Source: Candidatus Harrisonbacteria bacterium CG10_big_fil_rev_8_21_14_0_10_40_38 (GTDB lineage Bacteria > Patescibacteriota > Minisyncoccia > UBA6257 > 1-14-0-10-40-38). From it: a stretch of DNA of 64,000 bases. The stretch lies in contig PFAZ01000002.1 of NCBI GenBank assembly GCA_002773535.1, forward strand, positions 2,285 through 66,284, written 5' to 3'. This document shows, in pieces, positions 20,416-28,336 of this stretch (its first letter is position 1; each line of letters opens with the position of its first letter). Both the position numbers and the translations under genes were made by a program. The notes under the pieces were generated by a model, which was not told where the DNA came from, searched no databases, and worked only from the letters and a program-made list of their open reading frames with translations.

Positions 20416-20428
20416 CCGCTTTTAGCGG
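20416..20428 (-). terminator. Candidate attenuator/terminator hairpin between dnaG and rpoD
   Basis: CCGC-TTTTA-GCGG stem; on the minus strand it is followed by GTTTCTTGTTTATTTTTT. Confidence 0.3.
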
Positions 20429-20471
20429 TGACCCGTCAAAAACCTAGGATATTTAGAGAATTCCTCAAATC

Positions 20472-22292
20472 TCAACCATTATATAGCTCTTTTGACGCGC
20501 GGTCAAAGTCACGCAGCGCCTCTGAAAGAGCGGCCTCATCCCCACTTACCTCGGCGTTCCTTATACGACTCCTTATAAGTTCCACCTGTTTTTTAAAATG
20601 CTCCCCCCTAAGCTGCTTTGATAAATCATCAAATTCCTCCAAAAGCTCTTTTTGCTCACCGGAAACAAGACCTGCTTTCATCGAAAGCTCATCTAAAACC
20701 GCAGTTATTCTAACAGAGGGCGAAGATTCTTCTCCCAAAAACGCCTTAACCAGTGGTCCATATTCTGCAGAAAAATACGGCGCGCACAAAGAAAATCTAT
20801 TTTTACACTCCTCGCTTGCAAGAGCAAGAATAAATAATCTCTCCGTTATTGCAGCCTGTCTCGACAATTTTTGAATATTTTCAACATTCTTCACAGCTTG
20901 AATATTAGGCGTAGCTGCAGCAAAAGTATTTAAAGAAGGCATTATCGCAAGTTCCTCATTAAGACTCGCCTCGGAAATACCGCTTACTTTAGAAAATTCC
21001 CCCAACCATTGAGAACGCTCAACCGGACTTTGAATCATTTTAATTTTTGAAAGTATCGTCCTAATATTACGTTTTAGACCCTGTGGATTATTTCGTTCTG
21101 CTTCAGAAAAATACGCCCGGAAATAATACTTCATTGCAGGCTCCGGCTTTGAAGCAATTTTTACAAACACACCCGGTACCGTCCTCGCTATATCTGCAGG
21201 ATCTTTACTTGAGGAAATTTCAGGATGTTCCGAAAAAAACATTTGAGGAGCAATAACATAAACAGAAAAATCTAACCCCCCGGCAATATCTATTGCCCTT
21301 TCTGTTGCCGCCATGCCTGCGCTATCGCGATCAAATGCAATAACAATCGTATCGGTAAGCTTTCTAAGGTTTGCGAGATGCTCTCCCGTAAGAGCCGTTC
21401 CGGAAACAGCAACAACATTTTGCACCCCGTCTTGTTTTACCATAAGCAAATCCATCTGCCCCTCAACTAAAATCACGCTTTGAGTATCCCTAATAGCCGC
21501 TTTTGCAAAACATAATCCAAATAGAAGACGTGACTTGTTGTAAATCTGTGTTTCGGGAGAATTAACATACTTCGCACTAGCAATACCCGTAACATTGGGA
21601 TCGTTTTCCGTCTCCGGCATCACCCTTCCGGTAAATGCCACAACTTTCCCAAAGTGATTATGAATCGGAAAAATAATTCTATGCCTGAACCTATCCCAAT
21701 ACGTCCCCCTCTCAGTTTTTATCACAAGACCGGATCGTTCAATATCGGAACGAGAAAACCCAGCCTTTAAAAGATGCTTATTAAGCGCATCCGAATAATT
21801 CAGAGACAATCCAATTTCAAAAAGTTCTAGCGTCTCGTTGTTCAACCCTCGCTCTTTAAGATATTTTCTCGCAGATTCAGCAAGAGGAGAATCCGAATAA
21901 AGATTTGATTTAAAAAAATCAGTTGCCACCCTATGAATATCATAAAGTACCGCATATCTTCTCTCTTCCATTGCCCCTTTAGTCCTCACGTCAACCCCAG
22001 CTTTTTCTCCAAGTATTTTAAGCGCTTCAATAAATTCAATATTCTCGTATTTCATTAAAAAACTAATGATATCCCCGCCAATATTACACCCAAAACAATG
22101 CCAACTCCCCCTCTCCGGAGAAACCATAAAAGAAGGCGTTTTTTCCTTATGAAAAGGACAATTGCCTTTAAAATTCTTCCCGGCTGGAACCAAAGGCACG
22201 TATTGCCTTATAAATTCAGCTATATCAAGTTTTTCTTTAATAAGTTGAGCTGTATCAGACATATCTAGTATCACTCTACCTCTAAGAACCAC
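20472..22292 (-). CDS. dnaG: DNA primase
   Basis: Zinc-ribbon CPFHKEKTPSF...CFGC, then the TOPRIM core. The likely true start is MSDTAQL at 22262; the track start is 22292. Confidence 0.9.
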   Translation of the reverse strand: MVLRGRVILDMSDTAQLIKEKLDIAEFIRQYVPLVPAGKNFKGNCPFHKEKTPSFMVSPERGSWHCFGCNIGGDIISFLMKYENIEFIEALKILGEKAGVDVRTKGAMEERRYAVLYDIHRVATDFFKSNLYSDSPLAESARKYLKERGLNNETLELFEIGLSLNYSDALNKHLLKAGFSRSDIERSGLVIKTERGTYWDRFRHRIIFPIHNHFGKVVAFTGRVMPETENDPNVTGIASAKYVNSPETQIYNKSRLLFGLCFAKAAIRDTQSVILVEGQMDLLMVKQDGVQNVVAVSGTALTGEHLANLRKLTDTIVIAFDRDSAGMAATERAIDIAGGLDFSVYVIAPQMFFSEHPEISSSKDPADIARTVPGVFVKIASKPEPAMKYYFRAYFSEAERNNPQGLKRNIRTILSKIKMIQSPVERSQWLGEFSKVSGISEASLNEELAIMPSLNTFAAATPNIQAVKNVENIQKLSRQAAITERLFILALASEECKNRFSLCAPYFSAEYGPLVKAFLGEESSPSVRITAVLDELSMKAGLVSGEQKELLEEFDDLSKQLRGEHFKKQVELIRSRIRNAEVSGDEAALSEALRDFDRASKELYNG

Positions 22293-22344
22293 CCAATCAA
22301 AGCCCTTGCCTAATTTCTCAAAATCACATATACTGGTGCCTACT

Positions 22345-22545
22345 ATGAGATCATGTGCAATTTGCGGAAAAACATCGCGAATGGGCGGAACAAGACGTTT
22401 GCTCCGTGGTCATTATAATCCGACAAACTGGACTAGGAAGTATCCAAATCTGCAAAAAATGACCCTAGAGAGCGGCGAAAAAATTCTCGCGTGCACCCAG
22501 TGTATGCGCACCCGCACAAAAGCGACTAGAGTAAAGGCGAAGTAA
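22345..22545 (+). CDS. rpmB: 50S ribosomal protein L28 (C4 zinc-ribbon form)
   Basis: MRSCAICGK...NLQK...CTQCMR matches the bL28 pattern. The track ORF starts at 22306; internal Met 22345 gives the canonical length. Confidence 0.75.
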   Translation: MRSCAICGKTSRMGGTRRLLRGHYNPTNWTRKYPNLQKMTLESGEKILACTQCMRTRTKATRVKAK

Positions 22546-22615
22546 AAAACTTCGCCTTTTACTTTATTAGTTTGTAATTTGGTATTTGAAAATTGTAATT
22601 TAAATATAGCGGGCT

Positions 22616-22686
22616 GTCGTATAATGGTAGTACGCAGGGCTGGGGGTCCTGTAGCCCGGGTTCGATTCCCGGCAGCCCGACAGATG
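22616..22686 (+). tRNA. tRNA-Pro (anticodon GGG)
   Basis: Hand-folded. Acceptor CGGGCTG/CAGCCCG with C1-G72 and A73 (the bacterial ProRS identity set); D-stem GTAT/GTAC; anticodon stem CAGGG/TCCTG; loop CUGGGGG; T-arm CCGGG-TTCGATT-CCCGG. No encoded CCA. Confidence 0.8.
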
Positions 22687-22807
22687 TTTTTATGCCCCGC
22701 CGTAGCCCCGCTCTGTGGGGCGAAGGAGGGCAACCTATTTATCATTTGCGCAGCAAAAATGCTCTGAGTTTTATAGAAGAGCAACCTATTGAAATACAGA
22801 GAAAGAT

Positions 22808-23935
22808 CTAAGGAATAACCGTTATAACCTGACCCATTCTACCGTTCTCAACAATAGTCGCCGAATTTCCAGAATCCACACCAATAGCCAAAGGGTTTGA
22901 AATTTCATCATATCCCCAAGCATATTTACCACTTGCACCCGCAATAATATCGCATTTTAAAGTAAGAAATATTACACTATTTTTCTTAAAAACATAACCT
23001 GAATCATTTATGGCATTAGTTGACAAACGAGAATTTAAAATAGGACCCAAATAGTTATCAAAACGAAAAACAATAGATGGACTACCCTCAATAGGATCTA
23101 CAACATTTGCACCCGTCGTAAGCACATTATCACGATCATCATACAGCTTACATCTTCTAAGATTTTTTGGATCCCCCTCCTGAACAGTATATTTAAACGG
23201 CCATGATAAAACTCTTAAATCCTCTCCAGATTGAGTAGTATCAAAACTATAATTTGCAAAAACAAACTGTTCTCTAGGAGCCTGTACAATCTGTGGTGGA
23301 GGATTAGATGAAACACCGATACTAACCGCGGGTACTCTTGCTGTCATTATAGGACCCGTTACAGGATAACCGGGCTCCGGAATTACAATATTTCCACTAT
23401 ATTGGCCAACAACATTTTTCCAATCAACTTTTGGCGTAGTCGATGCCGCAATTAAATCCCCATTTATATAATCAATACCTAGTTTTCCACGAATGACAAC
23501 CTCAGTAGTTCCAATTGGGTATATTATGCTATCAGAAAAAGTAAGCACAGGAGAAGAGACATCAATAGAGACTGGGCCAGCAAGAATTGTCCCATCTTTA
23601 AGTTGAAGAGTCACATCTGTTATATCTCGATCACTAGTATCATCACCGCTCCCAGCCCACCGATTCATTCTAAACACAGTTTTTTGAACCACAACTGGTT
23701 CCCTTGTTACATCAATCACAAATCCCCCCAATGGCTGATTTGGCACATCAATAGCAATATTTTGAGAAGGGAGCCTATAATCTCTTGTAACTCTAAGCGT
23801 GGGTCTTTGCGGTACCAAAATCGGCCTCAAGGATACAGAAGTATTGCCCGCTTTCACAATTATAGGCAATGCAATAACCAGAATACCTGCCAGCAGTAAA
23901 TAATATATAAATGTTTTCATGCCAATATAATACAT
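22808..23935 (-). CDS. Hypothetical secreted/membrane-anchored protein
   Basis: 375 aa with N-terminal hydrophobic segment LLLAGILVIALPIIV; no recognisable domain. Confidence 0.45.
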   Translation of the reverse strand: MYYIGMKTFIYYLLLAGILVIALPIIVKAGNTSVSLRPILVPQRPTLRVTRDYRLPSQNIAIDVPNQPLGGFVIDVTREPVVVQKTVFRMNRWAGSGDDTSDRDITDVTLQLKDGTILAGPVSIDVSSPVLTFSDSIIYPIGTTEVVIRGKLGIDYINGDLIAASTTPKVDWKNVVGQYSGNIVIPEPGYPVTGPIMTARVPAVSIGVSSNPPPQIVQAPREQFVFANYSFDTTQSGEDLRVLSWPFKYTVQEGDPKNLRRCKLYDDRDNVLTTGANVVDPIEGSPSIVFRFDNYLGPILNSRLSTNAINDSGYVFKKNSVIFLTLKCDIIAGASGKYAWGYDEISNPLAIGVDSGNSATIVENGRMGQVITVIP

Positions 23936-24008
23936 AAAATTTAAAAAAAATAAAGCGTCTTAGCGCCAGAGCTACAAAATTAAAAATATAGTAAAATATA
24001 TTTGATAA

Positions 24009-25088
24009 ATGACTAAAAAAATATTTAGCTTCGTTTTTATAACATCGCTTAGCTTCCTCGTCGGCATAGCTATAGCCGGAGGCAAATACATATTCCTAGA
24101 TACCCCAAGCGTCATAAGAACTATTCCAAAAGCTCATGCGACAGACATCGATACAAATTCTTCCATCCACATAAGATTCAGCACGCCAGTCAAAAGACAG
24201 GATATAACCTATTCAATCTATCCGGAAAGTTACGGTGAATGGAGGTTTGAAGACTCGATGATTCCAAGCCACCTCTACAGAGAACTTGTTTTTATTCCTG
24301 CGGTAAATTTTGAACCAAATACAGAATACAAAGTTGTAATTGAAAACATCAAAAATCACGGCACAAACCAAAGCCAAAACACATCGTTTAGTTTCAAAAC
24401 AAAAGAAGGACGCGAGCCAAAACTAGAAACCGTAGATTCTGAAGAAAATAGCGGGATGGAAAAAGCTCTTAGCCTCGTTATAGAAATTCCAAAACCGGGA
24501 ACCGAGCCAATCACCATTCTAAACATTCCCGTAGATTGGCAGGACGATCCCCTCTCATGCGAAGCAGCATCGCTCAAAATGGCTTTGGGATTTAAAGGCG
24601 TAAAAGTATCAGAAAAAGAAATCATGAACAAAATAGGTTTTGATAACACCCCGCATAAAGACGGAGTATGGGGTAACCCAAACGAAGCTTATGTAGGAAA
24701 TATCAAAGGAGAGATCTGCAAAACAGGATACGGCGTATATTGGGATCCCGTTGCAAAAGCGGCAACTCATTGGAACGCAGCTGAAGTGAAAAAAAACTGG
24801 AATATAAAAGATTTAGTTAATGAAATATCAAAAGGAAATCCGGTAATAGTTTGGGGAAAGATGCCGGGTGTCACCACTCATGACTGCTCATGGACAACAA
24901 ACAATGGACTCCACGTTGAAGCTTACAAAGAAACCCATGTACGCCTCGTTATTGGCTACGTTGGATCAAAAGAAAATCCTGAAAAAATAATTTTAAACGA
25001 CCCACTAGCAGGAAGATTATATTGGGACGTGGAAGATTTCTTGACAAATTGGGAAATATTTGGCTATAATGCAGTCGTCTTATTATGA
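24009..25088 (+). CDS. Membrane-anchored protein with an Ig-like N-region and a C39-like (papain-fold) peptidase domain
   Basis: 359 aa; N-terminal TM; candidate Cys in DPLSCEAASLKMAL and His in HVRLVIGY, as in the Peptidase_C39_2 family. Confidence 0.5.
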   Translation: MTKKIFSFVFITSLSFLVGIAIAGGKYIFLDTPSVIRTIPKAHATDIDTNSSIHIRFSTPVKRQDITYSIYPESYGEWRFEDSMIPSHLYRELVFIPAVNFEPNTEYKVVIENIKNHGTNQSQNTSFSFKTKEGREPKLETVDSEENSGMEKALSLVIEIPKPGTEPITILNIPVDWQDDPLSCEAASLKMALGFKGVKVSEKEIMNKIGFDNTPHKDGVWGNPNEAYVGNIKGEICKTGYGVYWDPVAKAATHWNAAEVKKNWNIKDLVNEISKGNPVIVWGKMPGVTTHDCSWTTNNGLHVEAYKETHVRLVIGYVGSKENPEKIILNDPLAGRLYWDVEDFLTNWEIFGYNAVVLL

Positions 25089-25876
25089 AACGCAGATACA
25101 AAGCACTGATCATAATCACGCCTTTGCTGCTCATAGCAGCTTTTTTGTCTTTGAGAAACAGCTCTTCAAATAAGGAAGATTTTTTGGCGAACATAACAGA
25201 AAGCCCATACGCAGACACGATAAGTCCGGCAGCAGAAATTCCAAAATCATCACCCAAAAATCAACTAGACACAATATCCGAGGAAGACTCGGTACTTCCA
25301 TCATCCTATTCAATAAAAGTTCCATTTATAGTCCAAGCTCCCCTCGCAGACTGGAGTGCGCCATTTAATCATGCCTGTGAGGAAGCTTCGATTATTATGA
25401 TTCATCAATATTTCAAAAATCAGTCACTTGCGCCCGATGAGGCAAAAGATGCAATTTTAGCAATGACAAATTTTGAAGTTCAAAAATATGGCTCACACGA
25501 AGACACCGCCTCCGCTCAAACTGTGGAGCTTATCAAAGATTATTACGGCTACGACGCAGAAGTTCGCTACAATATAACCTTAGACGACATAAAAAGAGAA
25601 TTAATTAAAGACAATCCCGTCATTGTTCCGACAAACGGTAAAGTACTTGCCAATCCATATTTCACGCCTCCTGGCCCCGACTATCACATGCTTGTCATAA
25701 CCGGTTACACACCGGACAGATTTATCACAAACGATCCCGGCACAAAACGCGGCGAGAACCTCTCATACACATACGAAAATTTAGAAAAATCCATCCAAGA
25801 CTGGGGACTCATGGATTGGGATACGGGAGACGGCACTCACGGTCCAACAGCCATGATAATTATAAAACGCTCATAA
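25085..25876 (+). CDS. C39-like peptidase domain protein; tandem paralog of the upstream gene
   Basis: 263 aa; N-terminal signal/TM; the same motifs NHACEEASIIMI ... YHMLVITGY; the start overlaps the upstream stop (ATGA). Confidence 0.5.
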   Translation: MKRRYKALIIITPLLLIAAFLSLRNSSSNKEDFLANITESPYADTISPAAEIPKSSPKNQLDTISEEDSVLPSSYSIKVPFIVQAPLADWSAPFNHACEEASIIMIHQYFKNQSLAPDEAKDAILAMTNFEVQKYGSHEDTASAQTVELIKDYYGYDAEVRYNITLDDIKRELIKDNPVIVPTNGKVLANPYFTPPGPDYHMLVITGYTPDRFITNDPGTKRGENLSYTYENLEKSIQDWGLMDWDTGDGTHGPTAMIIIKRS

Positions 25877-25889
25877 AAATGAGCGTTTT
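25864..25889 (+). terminator. Intrinsic terminator hairpin
   Basis: AAAACGCTCAT-AAAA-ATGAGCGTTTT, a perfect 11-bp inverted repeat overlapping the stop codon, followed by ATTTAAATT. Confidence 0.5.
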
Positions 25890-25947
25890 ATTTAAATTAA
25901 GCTAGAGTCTATAATTAAAAAGTCGCAAGAAATAAGTTTTTTTTATT

Positions 25948-26523
25948 ATGTACACACCTAAAAAATTTGATTCACTCTTAGGACTTGAAGGTTTTTCAGA
26001 TAACGCATTAAAAACCCACTTTGGTCTTTACGAAGGATATGTAACAAATACAAACAAAGTTCAGGAACTTCTAGACAAGCTCCGAACCGAAGAAAAAACC
26101 GCCACACCCGAATACGCCGAGCTCAAACGTCGTTTTGCTTGGGAGTGGAACGGCATGAGACTTCACGAAATATATTTTGAAAGTCTTTCAAAAAATCCCA
26201 CCCCTCTCGATGATTCCTCCTCACTAGGAAGCCAAATCAAACAGGATTTCGGTAGTTTTGAAGAATGGCAAAAAGATTTCACAGCAACCGCAGCAATGCG
26301 CGGTATCGGCTGGGCAATCCTCTATTGGGACCCTATCCACAAAAAACTTACCAACAATTGGGTAAACGAACATTATGTTGGTCATATGTCAGGCGCTATC
26401 CCACTCCTACCGTGCGATGTTTTTGAGCATGCCTTTATGATTGATTACGGCACAAAACGAGCCGATTATATCGCCGCATTCCTCAAAGCTGTAGATTGGA
26501 AAACTATAAGCGATCGTTTTTAG
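25948..26523 (+). CDS. sod: Fe/Mn superoxide dismutase
   Basis: 191 aa; C-terminal DVFEHAFMIDYGTKRADYIAAFLKAVDWKTI matches the SOD_Fe_C signature (D-x-W-E-H-A-Y-Y). Confidence 0.85.
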   Translation: MYTPKKFDSLLGLEGFSDNALKTHFGLYEGYVTNTNKVQELLDKLRTEEKTATPEYAELKRRFAWEWNGMRLHEIYFESLSKNPTPLDDSSSLGSQIKQDFGSFEEWQKDFTATAAMRGIGWAILYWDPIHKKLTNNWVNEHYVGHMSGAIPLLPCDVFEHAFMIDYGTKRADYIAAFLKAVDWKTISDRF

Positions 26524-26544
26524 ATAACCACTACAAGTATTAAT

Positions 26545-27087
26545 TTACAAAGTCTCAACTGGCTTCTTCTTGTCAAACCTAATAAGAATTTCCGAAACAA
26601 GAAGACCGCTCACAAGCCCAACAAGTATTCCTCCTAAAATATCTGTCGGCCAATGAACTCCGACAAAAATCCTGGCAACGCCAATAAAGAAAGCTGCTAC
26701 AAAAAGAGCTATTCCCCATTTGTATCGGAGGAAAAAAACTGCCGTAGCAACAGCAAAAAAAACAGCAGTGTGTCCTGATGGAAAACTTGTAGTAGAAGGA
26801 GAAGAGACAAGTGGTTCAAAACCAAAAAACTGAAATGGTCTTTCTCTTGGAAAAATTAAGTTTAAAAGAGGAATAAAAATTCCACGAGATATAAGTATAG
26901 AAAGCGAAACATACAAAACCGAGTATATCCGGCGCCTCCAGTCAGCTTCAAGCATAAAAGCGACGAAAAGTCCGATCAAAATAAAATAAGGCAGATAACT
27001 TGCAAAAAAAATACCCACAATATCAAGCAGCGACGAAGAACCTACAAGGTTATGTATAAACTCAAAAACCGAAATATCAAAAGACAT
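26545..27087 (-). CDS. PAP2-family phosphatase (undecaprenyl-diphosphatase-like)
   Basis: SFPSGHTA ... GVHWPTDILGG; the PAP2 motifs. Confidence 0.8.
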   Translation of the reverse strand: MSFDISVFEFIHNLVGSSSLLDIVGIFFASYLPYFILIGLFVAFMLEADWRRRIYSVLYVSLSILISRGIFIPLLNLIFPRERPFQFFGFEPLVSSPSTTSFPSGHTAVFFAVATAVFFLRYKWGIALFVAAFFIGVARIFVGVHWPTDILGGILVGLVSGLLVSEILIRFDKKKPVETL

Positions 27088-27104
27088 AATAAATTCTCAA
27101 ATAA

Positions 27105-27140
27105 AAAAGACACCCTAAAAACAGTTTAACGCGTCTTAAA
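27105..27140 (-). terminator. Candidate intrinsic terminator downstream of rpsR
   Basis: Minus-strand AAGAC..GTCTT stem followed by TTTTTTATTT. Confidence 0.35.
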
Positions 27141-27164
27141 CCAAGTCATCAACCGCCAAAAAAT

Positions 27165-27398
27165 TTATCTGCGCACGTAAGGGAGAAGCCCCATGAATCG
27201 TGATCGCTTTATAGCACGAGCAAGCCTCCTCTGATGCTTAACGCACGTACCAGTATATCGTGGGTCAACAATCTTCGCCTGACCAGAAACAAACCGCCTA
27301 AGCAGTTCTGATTCTTTATAGTCTATTTCCCTTAAATTCTGGGAACAAAAAAAGCATTGTGTCATAAAATCTATTGTGCTGGATATATTAGCGTACAA
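27165..27398 (-). CDS. rpsR: 30S ribosomal protein S18
   Basis: ...CFFCSQNLREIDYKE...LLRRFVSGQAKI... Confidence 0.9.
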   Translation of the reverse strand: MYANISSTIDFMTQCFFCSQNLREIDYKESELLRRFVSGQAKIVDPRYTGTCVKHQRRLARAIKRSRFMGLLPYVRR

Positions 27399-27401
27399 TC
27401 A

Positions 27402-27860
27402 CTAAAATGGCAAATCCTCGGGTGATATTTCTGAATCAACATCAATTGTTGGTATTTCTTCATGAGGCTGAGGAGATTCTTCTGAACGTTGGCTTTGCTG
27501 ACTAGGCCCAGAAAAACCGCCCCCACTTCCAGCTGGCCTAGGTCCAAGTTGAAGTCTTTCAGCGATTATCTCCGTGGTTCTCCTTTTCTGTCCTTGCTTG
27601 TCATCCCACGCCCTTGTCTGAAGTCTACCCTCAATGAGAACCAAACTTCCCTTTATAAGATATTTTCCTGCTACATCAGCTTGCCTACCCCATACAACTA
27701 CATTGTGATACTCGGTAGATTCTTGTTTCTGGTTATTTCTGTCGTTCCAAACTCTATTCGTTGCTAAAGCAAATGTAGCAACTTGCTGACCGGACGTAGT
27801 CGAGCGAACCTGTGGGTCAGCCGTAAGTCTTCCAAGAATAAATACCTTGTTTAAATTCAT
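27402..27860 (-). CDS. ssb: Single-stranded DNA-binding protein
   Basis: OB-fold N-terminus MNLNKVFILGRLTADPQ...; a Gly/Ser-rich tail ending DLPF. Confidence 0.9.
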   Translation of the reverse strand: MNLNKVFILGRLTADPQVRSTTSGQQVATFALATNRVWNDRNNQKQESTEYHNVVVWGRQADVAGKYLIKGSLVLIEGRLQTRAWDDKQGQKRRTTEIIAERLQLGPRPAGSGGGFSGPSQQSQRSEESPQPHEEIPTIDVDSEISPEDLPF

Positions 27861-27863
27861 GCT

Positions 27864-28322
27864 TTATTTAAGTATTTCTTCAAGTTTTTGTTCCAACGCT
27901 TCATTACTCAAAGACTCAGACCCATTACTCTTAGTAGTTTGAGATTCCTGTGGCCCTGTAGTCTGTGCAACTCTCTTAGGTTTAAGAACACTTTGGATCG
28001 GAGGCGTAATAATCAAAAACCTAATAAGCGGCTCGTAAAAAGAAAGTGCGTTTCTAATATCAGCAATTTTTTCCGGAGATGACGAAATGGTTATAAACCC
28101 GAAAAACGCATGTGTTCGCTTTTTTATTTGATAAGCAAGCTCAATAGAATTGAACGCACTTGCCTGCAATATAACCGCATCATTTTTCTCTAAAAGCTCC
28201 TTTAATCCATCCAAAGATTCTTCAGAAGCGAGAAGGCAGGAAACCTCATATTCGTTCATTGTTTCTGGAACACTTTTTTCTGTTTCTTTCATGTACCCCG
28301 AACTTAGCAAATTATAGACCAA
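27864..28322 (-). CDS. rpsF: 30S ribosomal protein S6 with a C-terminal extension
   Basis: YEVSCLLASEE...IELAYQIKKRTHAFFGFITI matches the S6 core; sits in the conserved rpsF-ssb-rpsR arrangement. The true start is probably the internal MNEYEV. Confidence 0.7.
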   Translation of the reverse strand: MVYNLLSSGYMKETEKSVPETMNEYEVSCLLASEESLDGLKELLEKNDAVILQASAFNSIELAYQIKKRTHAFFGFITISSSPEKIADIRNALSFYEPLIRFLIITPPIQSVLKPKRVAQTTGPQESQTTKSNGSESLSNEALEQKLEEILK

Positions 28323-28336
28323 GCTGTCAATATTTA

